Origin: Mobula hypostoma
Lineage: Eukaryota
Direction of reading: 5' to 3'
Length of the DNA stretch: 64,000 nt
Assembly: GCF_963921235.1 (NCBI RefSeq)
Contig: NC_086110.1
Location: 868,001-932,000, forward strand
In this document: in pieces, positions 61,650-64,000 of the stretch
Numbering within the stretch: position 1 is the stretch's first letter
Layout of the letters: every line of letters begins with the position of its first letter
Notes under the pieces: generated by a model
Seen by the model: only the letters and a program-made list of their open reading frames with translations
Told to the model about the DNA's origin: nothing
Databases searched by the model: none
Made by a program: the position numbers and the translations under genes

Positions 61650-63517
61650 ATTAGGAGTGCCAGAAGGGGCCATGAGAGGGCTTTGGCGGGAGGTATTAAG
61701 GAAAACCCCTCAAGTCATTCTACAAGTATGTGAAGAGCAAGAGGATAAGATGTGAAAGAAGGACCAATCAAGTGTGACAGTGGGAAAGTGTGTATGCAAC
61801 CGGAGGAAACAGCAGAGGTACGTAATGAATACTTTGCTTCAGTATTAACTATGGAAAAGGATCTTGGTGATAGTAGTGATGACTTGCAGCAGACTGAAAA
61901 GCTTGAGCATGTAGATATTAAGAAAGAGGACGTGCTGGAGTTTTCGAAACCATCAAGTTAGAGAAGTTGCCGGGACCGGATGAGATGTACCTCAGGCTAC
62001 TGTGGGGAGCGAGGGAGGAAATTGATGAGCCTCTGGCGATTATCTTTGCATCATCAATGGGGACGGGAGAGGTTCCGGGGGATTGGAGGGTTGCGAATGT
62101 TGTCCTTTATTCAAGAAAAGGAGGAGAGATTGCCCAGGATATTATAGACCGGTCAGTCTTAACTCAGTGGTTGGTAAGTTGATGGAGAAGGTCCTCAGAG
62201 GCAGCATTTATGAAGATTTGGAAAGGTATATTATGATTAGCAATAGTCAGCATGGCTTTGTCAAGGGAAGGTCGCGCCTTACGAGCCAGATTGAATTTTT
62301 TGAGGATGTGACTAAACACATTGATGAAGGTAGAGCCGTAGATGTAGTGTATATGGATTTTAGCAAGGCATTTGATAAGGTACCCCATGCAAGGCTTATT
62401 GAGAAATTAAGGAGGCATGGGATATAAGGGAACATTGCTTTGTGGATCCAGGACTGGCTTGCTCACAGACAGAAAAGAATGGTTGTAGACGGGTCATATT
62501 CTGCCATGGAGGTCGGTCACCAGTGGAGTGCCTTAGGGATCAGTTCTGGGACCCTTACTCTTCGTGAGTTTTATAAATGACCTGGATGAGGAAGTTGAGG
62601 GATGGGTTAGCATGTTTGCTAATGACACAAAGGTTGGAGGTGTTGTGGATAGTGTGGAGGGCTGTCAGATGTTACAGCGGGACATTGATAGAATGAAAAA
62701 CTGGGCTGAGAAGTGGCAGATGGAGTTCAACCCAGATAAGTGTGAAGTGGTTCAGTTTGGTCGGTCAAATATGATGACCGAATATAGTATTAATGGGAAG
62801 ACTCTTGACAGTGTGGACGATCAGAGGGATCTTTGGGTCCGAGTCCATAGGGCACTAAAGCAGCTGCGCAGTTTGACTCTGTGGTTAAAAAGGCGTATGG
62901 TGGAATTCCATCAATCAATGAATTGAATCTAGGAGCCGAGAGGTAATGTTGCATCTATATAGGACACTGGTCAGACCCCACTTGGAGTACTGTGCTCAGT
63001 TCTGCTCGCCTCACTACAGGAAGGATGTGGAAACCATAGAAAGGGTGCAGAGCAGATTTACGAAGTTGTTGCCTGGATTGGTGAGCATGCCTTATGAGAA
63101 TAGGTTAAGTGAACTCGGCCTTTTCTCATTGGAGCGACGGAGGGTCAGAGGTGACCTGATAGAGGTTTATAAGATGATGACAGGCATTGATCGTGTGGAT
63201 AGTCAGAGGCTTTTTTCCCAGGGCTGAAATGGTTGCCACAAGAGGACACAGGTTTAAGGTACTGGGGGGTAGGTACAGATGAGATGTCAGGGGTCAGTTT
63301 TTTACTCAAAGAGTCGTGTGTGCTTTGAAAGTTCTGTCGGCAACGGTGGTGGAGGCGGATACGATAGGGTTTTTAAAGAGACTTTTGGATAGGTACATGG
63401 TACTTAGAAAAATAGAAAGCTATGGGTAATCCTAGTAGTTTCTAAAGTAGGGACGTGTTCGGCACAACTTTGTGGGCCGAAGTGCCTGTATTGTGTTGTA
63501 GGTTTTCTATGTTTCTA
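61650..63517 (+). mobile_element. CR1 (RT and 3' end), disrupted
   Basis: [33 protein letters not shown]; tail TTCTATGTTTCT at 63505-63517. Confidence 0.88.
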
Positions 63518-64000
63518 AGTCAAGCTAACTGATCGGGAGTTGAATTTCACAAGGAAGTGTTGGGGTCAAGGTCTTGAAGCTTAATGATGACTTTTCAGTG
63601 TATGATTGCATTGAATGATGATATTGGATGTGGCCTGTATTTCGTTGACTTTTCACTGAGTCATTGGCAATAAAAGAGCAGTAAAATCAGTTTATTTCAA
63701 TATTCCATGCGATATAATTGTAATTATCATTGCATCTGGATTTCACCTTTTGTTGCAAGCAGAGACATTTCTCTATGGTGTTTCCAAAAGAGCGTTTTCA
63801 TTCAAAAATCCTAAATAATTGTTCAATATATGTTCTGCCAATACAATTCTATTTCCTCGTTGCATGCAACAACTCAATTCTCGTAAATATCCAGAAGCCT
63901 TGTGGAATTTGGTCAATCTATATTCATTTGCCTGATTGATCATTCAACTGACAGAAGTATTAAAGGCGCTCCGTTTATGATATAGCAACGACGTGATGCC

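Overview
Repeat-dense vertebrate genomic DNA. The CR1 and Penelope families look like those of cartilaginous fish, probably a ray (inference; no database search was possible). One complete host gene could be assembled by hand on the minus strand. It has seven coding exons (40860-40905, 39572-39883, 33802-34128, 33243-33350, 21605-21651, 21035-21136, 20736-20864), all with GT-AG junctions and matching phases, totalling 1071 nt (356 aa plus stop). The product is signal peptide, germline-joined VJ-type Ig domain, C1-set Ig domain, uncharged transmembrane helix and a ~98-aa tail with four tyrosines including two canonical ITIMs. This is a non-rearranging, SIRP-like or antigen-receptor-like inhibitory receptor; the ORF track shows only its two Ig exons. 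Most of the remaining sequence is decayed and often nested transposable elements: many CR1 LINEs, a full-length L1-type LINE with a 15-bp TSD, two Gmr1-like Gypsy elements (integrase before RT), a chromodomain Gypsy element, solo LTRs, Penelope ends, Tc1 and two Chapaev3-type DNA transposons. A 140-N assembly gap lies inside the gene. TE edges are approximate unless a TSD or terminus is cited; similarities were judged by eye.
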